Assembly (NCBI GenBank): GCA_048013815.1
Contig: CM106586.1
Coordinates: 9,424,001-9,488,000, forward strand
DNA from: Setoptus koraiensis
Lineage: Eukaryota > Animalia > Arthropoda
Reading direction: 5' to 3'
Length of the DNA stretch: 64,000 bases
This document shows positions 1 through 10,172 of the stretch, piece after piece. The position numbers and the translations under genes were made by a program. Every line of letters begins with the position of its first letter. Position 1 is the stretch's first letter. Under the pieces are notes generated by a model that was not told the origin of the DNA, did not search any database, and was given only the letters and a program-made list of their open reading frames with translations.

Positions 1-403
1 GGAGAAAGACCCCGATTCGAGGATGTCCGACGAAATATTGGCCCATGCCCGACAAGCCCGACAGACCCGACGGGCCCGACAGGCCAGCCTTATGATGTAT
101 TGTTTGTATTGTGACAGATTGATGCCAGGTCCGTCGCGCTGCTCGTCGGGAAGTGTCACCAAGTTGCAAAGAACGCTGCGAAGAGACTATCACGAGTTGC
201 TGACGATTCACGCTATATTTAGAGCTATATTTAGACCAGCGACACGGCATAAATTCACATAAATACAAGCTGCAAGCTTGCAGTTTGAGCCTTAGTTTGT
301 GCATGCTCTCAAGGCTTTGTTCAAGTAATTTTGCTAGCAGTGATTTTCCCGAAATTTGCAGTTTTAATCCAAGTTCATCCCAGAGTCAATCTCAGAGTTG
401 CAA

Positions 404-2104
404 ATGGCAATCCCCGGGTTGCGAATGTCGATTGAGCGCCACTTGCTGGTGGCTTTGATTGCTTTCTATTACAATTGTGATTTAATTTTGGTGCACGCGG
501 GACCCGCGGCCCTAGTCCAGCTGATCAATCCCATGAGCATGGGGCTGTTTCTGGCGGACGGCGCCATGAATTTCATTGACTTTGCCAAGGAGTGGAAATT
601 GTGTCCCAGCAAGCCCGCCGAGCTGCACGAGTGGGACACGCCGGACCGGGCCGCCCACGATTGGCCCGGCATGATCTTTTTCACGCCCGACACTCAGGAA
701 GATCTAGAGATTTATTACGACAAGAACAGCGGCGGTTTTTTGGACCAGGACATCGGGAAATTCCTGGAGCGGGGCTTCAACAAAGACCTGCCCACAGTGA
801 TGTATTTGCATGCCTTTACGCAACATCCGCACAGTCGCTGGCTAGAAACGGTTCGCCAGGACTACATTGATCTGCTCAAATGGAGCAACAACCAGCCAAG
901 GATCAACCTGTTGTTCATGGATTTTAGCCACTTTGCCAAGCTCGGGTACGCGGGTTGCGCCCGTTGGGTACCGGCGCTGGGCAAAATACTGGCCCAGTTC
1001 ATTGATAAACTTGTACAGGTGAGCCAGATAGACCCGATGCAGTTGCATCTGGTGTCCTTTTCGCTGGGCAATCACATATGCGGCCTGGCCGGGCGCCTGT
1101 CTAACAGCACTATTGGGCGCATTACGGCCCTCGATCCGGCCGGCTGGTGTTTCAGCGAACGCTACAATCACGCCTACACCAAGTACGGGCTTAGGGCAAC
1201 GGACGCGTACCAGGTGGACGTGAATCATTTCGACAAGGACTTCTTGGGTAGTCGCGTACCCGTGGGCACAATAGACATATACATGAACGGGGGCGCCGCT
1301 CAGCCGGGTTGCGCAAGCGGCCGCAAGGCACTGGTGAACGCGGCGCTGGCCGTGAGCGGTCTGCGGCCGGGCAAATCGTATTGTGAGGGGCATTCGCGAG
1401 CGGCCGTTCATTCGGTGTACGCGGTGCAAGCAGAATGCCAGCAGATCGCCTACGAATGCTCGTCGTACGAGGCCTTCGAACAGGGCGAATGTGGCCAATG
1501 TGACGCAACAAACGAACAATGTTTCTCCACGAGCATATACGGAATCCAAGAGACCTGGTCCCATCGGCGTCAGGCGCCCCGTTCTTTCGCGAGCCACAAG
1601 AACATGTTTATCAAGACGGCGGCTCAGCCACCGTTTTGTGTGCAGCACTATCAGATTGTGTTGAAATTGAGGGGCCACAATGAGCCGGACGAGACAAAGA
1701 AACAGAGCCTGGTCAACAAGTTGTCGGCCGCCTTCAAGGCCAGTCAGCCGGTGCTGAAATTGTACGACACCGAATTCGAAGAATGGTTCGTCTCGGCGCC
1801 GGGCCAAATAGAGCACGAGGCCAAAGAATTGACATTCACGGCGCTTGCCATCGACTACAACAAAATGAGTGTTCGCGACACCCACAGCGCCATTCTCACT
1901 GTCAACAAGACACCCTATCAGGTGACACTGAAGAAACTGCTGGACAGCGTTGAATCCGTCGAGCTCAACTACATGAGCAATGCCGATTATGAGAAACGTC
2001 AACAGCACTCTGTGACACTGTGCCCGGACGGCATAGACAAGCAAGACGAGGGCATGCTCTGGATGAAAAAGTGCGGCGTTGAGTGGCAACCATTTGCGCC
2101 CTAA
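404..2104 (+). CDS. Secreted pancreatic-lipase-family (lipase/vitellogenin-type) alpha/beta hydrolase with probable C-terminal PLAT-like domain; intronless
   Basis: First ATG is at 404 (the ORF track starts at TTG 398; a second ATG is at 425). Hydrophobic N-terminus (LLVALIAFYY). Family motifs: YLHAF (oxyanion region, 809-817), LHLVSFSLGNHICG (nucleophile elbow, Ser at 1061-1063), RITALDPAG (Asp at 1133-1135), DAYQVDVNH, VGTIDIYMNGGAAQPGC, CEGHSRA (His at 1391-1393), AYECSSYEAFEQGEC and FIKTAAQPPFC. AATAAA at 2112-2117. Confidence 0.9.
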   Translation: MAIPGLRMSIERHLLVALIAFYYNCDLILVHAGPAALVQLINPMSMGLFLADGAMNFIDFAKEWKLCPSKPAELHEWDTPDRAAHDWPGMIFFTPDTQEDLEIYYDKNSGGFLDQDIGKFLERGFNKDLPTVMYLHAFTQHPHSRWLETVRQDYIDLLKWSNNQPRINLLFMDFSHFAKLGYAGCARWVPALGKILAQFIDKLVQVSQIDPMQLHLVSFSLGNHICGLAGRLSNSTIGRITALDPAGWCFSERYNHAYTKYGLRATDAYQVDVNHFDKDFLGSRVPVGTIDIYMNGGAAQPGCASGRKALVNAALAVSGLRPGKSYCEGHSRAAVHSVYAVQAECQQIAYECSSYEAFEQGECGQCDATNEQCFSTSIYGIQETWSHRRQAPRSFASHKNMFIKTAAQPPFCVQHYQIVLKLRGHNEPDETKKQSLVNKLSAAFKASQPVLKLYDTEFEEWFVSAPGQIEHEAKELTFTALAIDYNKMSVRDTHSAILTVNKTPYQVTLKKLLDSVESVELNYMSNADYEKRQQHSVTLCPDGIDKQDEGMLWMKKCGVEWQPFAP

Positions 2105-3281
2105 TTTGCATAATAAACAACCGACAAACAAATTCATAGATGAATCATTAGTTGGCCGCGAGACAGCTCGAAAGTTCTAGTTTCCTGATGGCCACTCCGT
2201 TGCCAAATTGCCATGTTGACACAGAATGAAAAACCGGCACAAAATTCACCGGTTCGAATTCTTAATTATGGCCGCTAATTAATTGTTCTCTGGCGATCAA
2301 TTAATTAGCGTGACAACTCGCGATTCACAAGTTACCCGTCCGGGAGCCTCTGCTACCCCGGGCAACGGGTAGCGGGGCTCCCGCCCATCGGTTCCGCTTG
2401 ATCTGCATGGATCTGCATTGATCTGCATTGCGTGAGTTTCGTGTGGGCTTCACCGCAAGTCTCACATCTGATTCGAGAGAGATCCGCCAGAGGCGCGGGC
2501 ATCTTCCAAAATGCTGCTTTTGTGCAGCCCAACAGCCGGACTGTCATTCCATTGGCTGCATTTAGTTTTTTGATTGCCTGCTGTAAATAATCGCTCCAAT
2601 AATCTCTAATCGCGATGCCTATCTCTGACGGTTCATAATCCTACAGATAGATGAAAACTATCCATGAATACTCACTTGAAGCACTCATCATAGACTCCAT
2701 GACATAGAGGGCCGAGTGGCGCCGCCCTGTCGCATTTTATTCTCAACTATTTTGAGGCCATTGAAAAATACGCGCACGCAAAACCCAGTCTGTGCAAACA
2801 TTATATAACAATGCCTGTGAATGCTGCACGGGTATCGGATCCGCCCTTTAGCGGTATTTTGCGTATAGCTGCAATGTGCAATATGACTCGCTATGTATCG
2901 TGATTGTTTAATAAGAATATAAATATTACCATCTCACCATGATTGCGTGTACATTTTTTACATTTTAGGTTGAAAGAGCCAGTACAGGTACAGGTGTTTC
3001 GGATGAGTCCCGTGTGGGCGTGTGGCCGCGCAAGCATGACATAATCGCAATACCCTGTGCACGCACTAGAGGGCTGTTTTGTGCATGTTTGAGCGCCTGT
3101 CGCAACAGCGAGAAATGTGCTCGCAAATTTAACATTCACGTTCGCCAGATTCACTACTCATCTGGCTTCTAGTATAATTTTTTTTATCGACATACTCAAT
3201 AGTTCCGGATTTGGAAAATCTTTTGCCATTATCCACCATCGTCACACATACTACTATATTAGAATTGTTACCAATACCAAA

Positions 3282-3291
3282 TTATTTTCAG
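3282..3291 (+). other. Probable 3' splice acceptor (ttattttcAG) of a 5' UTR intron immediately upstream of the DLAT start codon
   Basis: The sequence reads attattttcag|aATG, with the AG at 3290-3291, and is preceded by about 130 nt of AT-rich sequence. The donor was not identified. Confidence 0.45.
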
Positions 3292-3292
3292 A

Positions 3293-4954
3293 ATGCTTTA
3301 TTTGCGTGCAGCTAGAGAATTCAGACCTCTCCTCAATGGTTGTAGGACGTTCAAAACAGAGACTGCATCGTCACCTTCATCATCCCTAAAGGGTGTACTA
3401 GCGCAAAAAATTGTTGAACACCAGAATAAAGTCAGAGAATTTCGCGGCGCCCACGGACACAAAGTATCCGGCGATCGGGCGTACGCTGATTGGCGCGGAC
3501 TCAGGCCTTTAGTTACTCAAACATCATACCTAGATTCTTGCGAGGGCATCGCGTTTCGTGGATATTCCATACCCCAAACTGCCTCTCAACGGCGTGCACT
3601 CCATACATCGTCTGTAAAATGTGCTATTATGGTCCCGTTGCCAGCACTATCGCCCACAATGGAGAAGGGCACAATTGTGTCGTGGGAAAAGAAGGAGGGC
3701 GATCGCTTGAATGATGGTGACCTTCTAGCAGAAATCGAAACAGACAAGGCCACAATGGGCTTCGAGACGCCCGAGGAGGGCTATCTAGCTAAAATTATGA
3801 TACCTGCCGGCTCTAAGGATGTGCCTCTAGGTAAACTGTTGTGCATTATTGTCGAAGATGAGGCCGATATAGCCAAATACAAGGACTACGTTGACGATGC
3901 CACAACGTCGCCGGCACCGCCCGCCAATCAAGGTCAAACAAGTGCAACCACCAGCTCACCACCACCCGCTGCTAGTTTTACACCACCGCCACAACAACCA
4001 GTGCAACAGCAATCTTTCTCTGCTCCTCCTCCTCCTTCTACTCCTATTCAACAACAAATCAATCCGGCAACAAATGCCTCTGGCCGCGTCTTCGCCACTC
4101 CGTTTGCCAAAAAATTGGCTAGCCAACTTGGCATAACCTTGACAGGATCTGGCTCTGGACCAAATGGAAGAATATTAGCCAATGATTTGGAGTCGCTAGC
4201 TCAACAGCAACAACAAACAGCTGTAAGCAGTTATCAACAGCAGGGTGCGGCAACGGGAACTTTTAGTGATATCTCTCTAACTGGTATGAGACAAACAATT
4301 GCCAAGAGGCTGGTACTATCCAAGCAGACTGTTCCCCATTATTACCTCACCGTGAATCTCAATGTTGATGAATTAATCAAACTTAGAAAAACAGTCAATG
4401 ATATGCTAGCGGAGGACGGAGTTAAAGTTTCAATTAATGATTTTATAACTAAAGCGGCCGCTTTGGCTTGTAGGCAGGTACCCGAGGTTAACAGTGCATG
4501 GCATGATACATTCATCAGGCAGTACAACAATGTCGATGTTTGCATTGCTGTCAGCACAGACAACGGACTTATAACACCAATTGTTTTTGGGGCGGAAACA
4601 AAGGGAATCAAACAGATTAGTCTTGAAACTAAGGCCCTGGCCGAGAAGGCACGCCAAGGAAAATTGCAACCACAAGAATTTCAAGGTGGAACTTTCACAA
4701 TCAGCAATCTCGGTATGTTCAATATTGCACATTTTGCCGCAGTCATCAATCCCCCTCAAGCAGCCATTCTGGCTATAGGCTCTACGCAAAAATTAGTCGT
4801 ACCAAGCAACTTGGATGGACAAGATATGAAAGTCATAAATTCTTTGAATGTGACTCTCAGTTGTGATCACAGAGTTGTGGATGGGGCAGTTGGTGCCAAA
4901 TGGCTCGGGTGGTTCAGGCAATACATGGAGAAGCCATTCACCATGATGATATAG
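3293..4954 (+). CDS. DLAT: Dihydrolipoyllysine-residue acetyltransferase (PDH E2), mitochondrial, with an in-frame N-terminal citrate-synthase-derived segment; intronless CDS
   Basis: Single lipoyl domain (LPALSPTMEKG...EIETDKATMGFE), Pro/Gln/Ser linker, E3/E1-binding domain (VFATPFAKKLA...GSGPNGRI) and catalytic domain (MRQTIAKRL, PHYY, QGGTFTISNLGMF, LSCDHRVVDGA). Codons 31-94 match the citrate synthase N-terminus. AATAAA at 4975-4980. Confidence 0.96.
   Translation: MLYLRAAREFRPLLNGCRTFKTETASSPSSSLKGVLAQKIVEHQNKVREFRGAHGHKVSGDRAYADWRGLRPLVTQTSYLDSCEGIAFRGYSIPQTASQRRALHTSSVKCAIMVPLPALSPTMEKGTIVSWEKKEGDRLNDGDLLAEIETDKATMGFETPEEGYLAKIMIPAGSKDVPLGKLLCIIVEDEADIAKYKDYVDDATTSPAPPANQGQTSATTSSPPPAASFTPPPQQPVQQQSFSAPPPPSTPIQQQINPATNASGRVFATPFAKKLASQLGITLTGSGSGPNGRILANDLESLAQQQQQTAVSSYQQQGAATGTFSDISLTGMRQTIAKRLVLSKQTVPHYYLTVNLNVDELIKLRKTVNDMLAEDGVKVSINDFITKAAALACRQVPEVNSAWHDTFIRQYNNVDVCIAVSTDNGLITPIVFGAETKGIKQISLETKALAEKARQGKLQPQEFQGGTFTISNLGMFNIAHFAAVINPPQAAILAIGSTQKLVVPSNLDGQDMKVINSLNVTLSCDHRVVDGAVGAKWLGWFRQYMEKPFTMMI
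3383..3574 (+). other. Citrate synthase N-terminal homology segment embedded in the DLAT ORF (codons 31-94)
   Basis: SLKGVLAQKIVEHQNKVREFRGAHGHKVSGD----RAYADWRGLRPLVTQTSYLDSCEGIAFRGYSIP aligns to the metazoan CS N-terminus as recalled ([68 protein letters not shown]). About 30 of 64 residues are identical by hand, with one 4-residue gap. Confidence 0.88.
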
Positions 4955-5273
4955 AGGCAGTTTGAAAAATAGAAAATAAAAAAGTGAGATTGTTGCAAGC
5001 TGTAAAAGACCTGTGAGATCTCAACCAGCGTTTTTTTCTGTTCTCTTGATCTGAGTAATTCAAAGAAGCCAGTCTAGTTGATAGGCCTGTTACTGGCAAG
5101 TAAAAGATAGTTTTACATCTCAAATCTCGTTTGGATCATTCAAAAGATGCGCCCTCTCATTTTGTAAACAAAACGATTATTTCGTCCTTGCATGTGGATG
5201 AATTGAATCAACATCGCATCGCCAATTATTAAATATCGTCATATTTATTAATCCAAAAAACCCAACCGAGAAT

Positions 5274-5867
5274 ATGCGTCTAACACGCACATTATACAAC
5301 ACAGCATCCAGGGCTGGATACCTGGACCGGCAACGCCACAACGTTTTGGACAAAATGTTGAGAGTAAATCACGCCGGAGAGCTGGGTGCCGATCGTATCT
5401 ATTGCGGACAAAGTTATATTCTCAACAAGGATCAGACCCATGCTCCGGTCATACAAAAGATGTGGGACCAAGAGAAGGCCCACCTTGAAGAATTGGAATA
5501 CCTTAATCTTCGTCACCGAACTAGAAAGTCCCTGCTAGAACCATTTTGGTCTTTGGGTGGATTTATTCTTGGATCAGGATCGGCCATTTTCGGGCCCAAG
5601 GCTGCGATGGCTTGTACTGTTGCTGTGGAGAAAGTCATCACAGAGCATTACAATGATCAGATTCGCGATTTGATTGCCGAGGAAGATTTGAAGGACCCCG
5701 AGACAAAAGAATTACTGGATAAATTTAGTCAATTTCGTGACGATGAACAATCGCATCACGATGAGGGTATAGCGTACGATGCTCAAGCCACCCCCAACTA
5801 CGAAGCCTTCACCAAAGCCGTAGAGTTAGTGTGTCGAACGTCAATCAAAATAGCTGAAAAGATTTGA
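5274..5867 (+). CDS. COQ7: 5-demethoxyubiquinone hydroxylase (COQ7/CLK-1), mitochondrial; intronless
   Basis: Di-iron motifs: MLRVNHAGELGADRIYCGQ, MWDQEKAHL, R-x-SLLEPFW...GFILG, AMACTVAVEKVITEHYNDQIR and QFRDDEQSHHD. AATAAA at 5902-5907. Confidence 0.96.
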   Translation: MRLTRTLYNTASRAGYLDRQRHNVLDKMLRVNHAGELGADRIYCGQSYILNKDQTHAPVIQKMWDQEKAHLEELEYLNLRHRTRKSLLEPFWSLGGFILGSGSAIFGPKAAMACTVAVEKVITEHYNDQIRDLIAEEDLKDPETKELLDKFSQFRDDEQSHHDEGIAYDAQATPNYEAFTKAVELVCRTSIKIAEKI

Positions 5868-6139
5868 CGATACTGGAAAAAAAATACAGTATCACCGACA
5901 AAATAAAAACAGCATCTCATATTATGTCATCCATAGAAGCCACAGAAGCTGTAGCACAGGTGGAGCCACTCTACTCGTGGTGTACGCACCATCTATCAGC
6001 TGTGAATTTTCACTTGTTCACAACCATTGTTTATCATTATTGATGTAGATCTCACACAAGTTTACATTTATAGTTTTATCTTGGCAAAAGAAAATGTTAG
6101 CATTGTATTGTAAATCTATTAAATTCAGATTATACTCTA

Positions 6140-8014
6140 ATGGAGTCATCTCAAAATTATCGTCCGCCCCAACCGTCGACTTCGTCGCTGTCGCCTGGTG
6201 GCGACGAGAATATCGTCGCTGTTGACGATACCACCAGCAGGGACTCGTTTGACAAAAAATTTTATTCATGTCGCCTGGCCGATCCAACATTCGAATTGTT
6301 TATACTCAGCGAGGCGGGTAAACCCATCTATTCCTACACACGAAGAGAGGATATCATAACGTTGATGCCAGTTTGTCAGGCTCTCATGAGCGTCGCCAGG
6401 AGTAGCCAGGATGACACGTTACATTCAATAACAACATCGTCGAAAATTCGAATTAACTTTGCCTCACGATCGCCATTGATTATTATCGTCATCAGTAGGA
6501 TCAACTCGAGCGTAGAACCGAAGGCAGTCATTGGTCAGGTCGAAGCGCAAATAGCCTCCATATTAACCCTGAGATACCTTAAGAATTTATTCGATGAACG
6601 GCCCACATTTGACTTGAAAAGATTGCTTCAGGGTAGCGAAAAACTAATTGATTCCACAATTCATTTAACTGTCTCGATGCTGGACCATCAACAGAGACGA
6701 GCTCTGCCTCCTCCGAATTTGTTCGGACATCATTATCAGGACAGTAGCAATTATGCTGGCCATGTCAATCAAGCAAATGAGATAGATAGACAGAAAGAAA
6801 ACGAAATTGACAAACAGAATTACATGATTGCACAAAGCAATTACCTTCATCAAAATCACGCCGATCACCAATGGCCCTGGTCTCAAGCATTCCTTTGTTG
6901 TGGCAACACAGCCATCCAAAAGTCGACTAGTCAACAAGAATTAAATAGCATACTTGTACCCATAGTTGTAATGCCATCCAACAAACGAGATCAAATCAGC
7001 GCAATATTATCCTCGTCAGTTTCGGCAGGCTCCACAAAAATCATATTTTCTCTGTTATTCAAGGTGATTGGCAACAGACCAGATCAAACCATTGTCCATA
7101 CACCACAAGTACAGACTGCTGGCCCATCTGATTCAACCCATTCCAAGGATGACACGAGTGACTCGCCACCAAGTGTCAATGATGATGTGAACAATCCGAC
7201 CAAAGAAGCAACAACAAAAAATGATGATGACCTGTCTGAAAGCGTTGAGGATTCACGAACGGATAATATCAGATTTGAATTGGTGACTATCTCCAATCAT
7301 CACAGCGGTCACAAGATCTCACCATTGGATATTCACCTTTTGTTAGCTCTACTGAATGGCTCTAAGAATCAATTATTATCAGTCGAGTCTTTGTGGATGC
7401 CAGTGTGTCTACCTCGTTTCAATGCAACCGCTTTTCTTCACGCCCACATATCGTGTCTAAAGAACGGATTCTGTTTAGTGATACTAACTGTGGACAGAGA
7501 TGAATTTTCCAACTGTCAAACAATCAAACTATCAATAGAGGATAAACTAATCAAGTTGTTGAATAAATTAGAGGCCAAATCAGGCGACTCTTCAGCCTAC
7601 AATGGACTGACATCTCCCATGATCCAATCAAATTCATCGTCTAGCTCTCAGCAGAGTCAACAATCAAACTCAAAGGAATCAACGAAAGGCCAAGAATTAT
7701 TGCCTCTTAGACAGTTACAGTTTCTTTGGTACCAAACTCAACGGCAAGTACTTATGCTACAACAATCGCCAAGTTGGACATTGAGCCCGTTAGTTTATCA
7801 TATAGCCAGACGAATGTCGCAATCTAAACTGAAGACACTGTGGTTAAAAAGTGAGAACGATAAAGTGATTTTAGGTTGGCATGTTTCGACATTTCAATTG
7901 TATGCGCAGTTTGATGCCACCATCAGTCCTGGTCAAGCCTTGGAGGCCGTTCATGTGATAACCAATTGGATCAAGAAAGAGGAGGACAACTTTTCGCTTA
8001 GAGATTACAAATGA
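6140..8014 (+). CDS. MON1: Vacuolar fusion protein MON1 homolog (Mon1-Ccz1 Rab7 GEF subunit); intronless, with low-complexity insertions
   Basis: FILSEAGKPIYS, SPLIIIVIS, QIASILT, FDLKRLLQGSE, WMPVCLPRFNATAFLHAHIS and the C-terminal LGWHVSTFQLY...ITNWIKKEED match MON1 longin-domain motifs. Confidence 0.9.
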   Translation: MESSQNYRPPQPSTSSLSPGGDENIVAVDDTTSRDSFDKKFYSCRLADPTFELFILSEAGKPIYSYTRREDIITLMPVCQALMSVARSSQDDTLHSITTSSKIRINFASRSPLIIIVISRINSSVEPKAVIGQVEAQIASILTLRYLKNLFDERPTFDLKRLLQGSEKLIDSTIHLTVSMLDHQQRRALPPPNLFGHHYQDSSNYAGHVNQANEIDRQKENEIDKQNYMIAQSNYLHQNHADHQWPWSQAFLCCGNTAIQKSTSQQELNSILVPIVVMPSNKRDQISAILSSSVSAGSTKIIFSLLFKVIGNRPDQTIVHTPQVQTAGPSDSTHSKDDTSDSPPSVNDDVNNPTKEATTKNDDDLSESVEDSRTDNIRFELVTISNHHSGHKISPLDIHLLLALLNGSKNQLLSVESLWMPVCLPRFNATAFLHAHISCLKNGFCLVILTVDRDEFSNCQTIKLSIEDKLIKLLNKLEAKSGDSSAYNGLTSPMIQSNSSSSSQQSQQSNSKESTKGQELLPLRQLQFLWYQTQRQVLMLQQSPSWTLSPLVYHIARRMSQSKLKTLWLKSENDKVILGWHVSTFQLYAQFDATISPGQALEAVHVITNWIKKEEDNFSLRDYK

Positions 8015-8357
8015 TATTAGGCTAATTAATTTTACGACAACACAACTCTATATGCAACTGTCATAGGTTGCCTAGAAGCGTTTGTTCATAAGCTCAACAC
8101 AGTGTACACAAATTGTATTTTCTATATACCTAAGTATAGTAATTGTTATTATTATTATTATTATTTACATCTTTACATATTCTTTGAATGTTGTGTGTGA
8201 GTATAGATAAAGAATTTCCATATATAAATATATATTTACATACATATATATAGAAACTACAAAACAGAGAAGAAGAAACAGAGAACTACTGTGCACAATA
8301 GATATGATTAGCTTAATTAGCTGACCACACAAGTCGTTTGTATATGTGTGAGTTGTG

Positions 8358-9158
8358 TCAGTTAGTTTCAATCAATGATTGGGGTGATGATGTTCGCGTA
8401 ATTATAGCTCCATTCGAAGAAGCCGGCGATATAGACTGTTGGGGCACTGGCGAATTGCAAACACTTGATACCTTTGATGAACATATAGACGATTGAGGTG
8501 AAGGACTTCTAGAAACGGGTGACAGTTGGCCATGATGAATTGGATGTGATTGTTGTTGTTGTTGCTGGTGTTGTTGTTGTTGGTGATGTTGATGCTGTTG
8601 TTGGTGTTGCTGTTGCTCTATAAGATGTTGTAATTGTTGCTTTTGCATATGATGATAGGCCATCACATGATCCATCTGACTGAGGAACAATAACGAAGCG
8701 TGATGATGCGCCCCATTGGCGTGCGCGCCCAAATGTCCAAACGGAAGTGGCTGATTGAGGCCAGTGGCATTTTGATTGTTTGTTTGTTGATTAATGCTCG
8801 CCTGTTCATGCGATTGTTGTTGTTGTTGTTGTTGCTGCTGTAAATGATGCTGTTGGTGCTGTTGTTGTTGTTGCTGCTGCTGCTGGTGTTGTTGCTGCTG
8901 CTGTTGATAGTCTATTCTAGCAGAAAGGGTTGAGGGTGAAAGCTGAGCGGATTGCTTATTCGGGGCCGTTTGATTGTTTTGGCCTAAATGTGAGTTCGGT
9001 GGTGGCGGCGATATGGACGCAGCGGCTGCTGCTGCTGCCGCTATCGAGCGCATATCGAAGCCCACAAATGGATTGGCGAGACCCAATTGTCTGGCGGCCA
9101 TGAGTCGGTGCTTCTCGACCTCGGCCTCTCTCAGGCGCTTGTCTTTGGCTCTGCGATT
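8358..9158 (-). CDS. Msx: Msx/msh homeobox protein, exon 2 (266 codons plus stop); full protein 559 aa
   Basis: Begins NRRAKDKRLREAEVEKHRLMAAR (Msx family pattern [21 protein letters not shown]). It is in frame with the 8358..9101 ORF and continues into polyA/polyQ/H and Ser/Pro-rich tracts. Confidence 0.93.
   Translation of the reverse strand, partial: NRRAKDKRLREAEVEKHRLMAARQLGLANPFVGFDMRSIAAAAAAAASISPPPPNSHLGQNNQTAPNKQSAQLSPSTLSARIDYQQQQQQHQQQQQQQQQHQQHHLQQQQQQQQQSHEQASINQQTNNQNATGLNQPLPFGHLGAHANGAHHHASLLFLSQMDHVMAYHHMQKQQLQHLIEQQQHQQQHQHHQQQQHQQQQQQSHPIHHGQLSPVSRSPSPQSSICSSKVSSVCNSPVPQQSISPASSNGAIITRTSSPQSLIETN

Positions 9159-10172
<1,014 letters not shown>

Noticed and set aside
404-2104. 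Lipase looks GC-richer than the neighbouring genes, suggesting horizontal transfer
   Set aside because: The motifs and Cys pattern are those of the animal pancreatic-lipase family. Composition alone is not evidence of transfer, and I did not compute it.
842-2137. 431-aa antisense ORF overlapping the lipase
   Set aside because: It is a shadow frame of the C/G-ending codons in the lipase and has no recognisable motif.
2560-2645. Minus-strand GIAIRDYW...IKKL faintly like the citrate synthase GIxxxxYW...IAKL region
   Set aside because: Too few identities, on the opposite strand, with no flanking similarity. It is likely chance; tBLASTn with CS would settle it.
2995-3025. CGGATGAGTCCC-GTGT-GGG resembling a hammerhead ribozyme core
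   Set aside because: The core is CGGATGA rather than CTGATGA, and the required GAAA after stem II is absent.
2891-3154. Cys-rich minus-strand ORF with a defensin-like C-x7-C-x3-C...C-x-C pattern
   Set aside because: It starts at GTG two codons after a stop, lacks the fourth CSab cysteine and has no convincing signal peptide.
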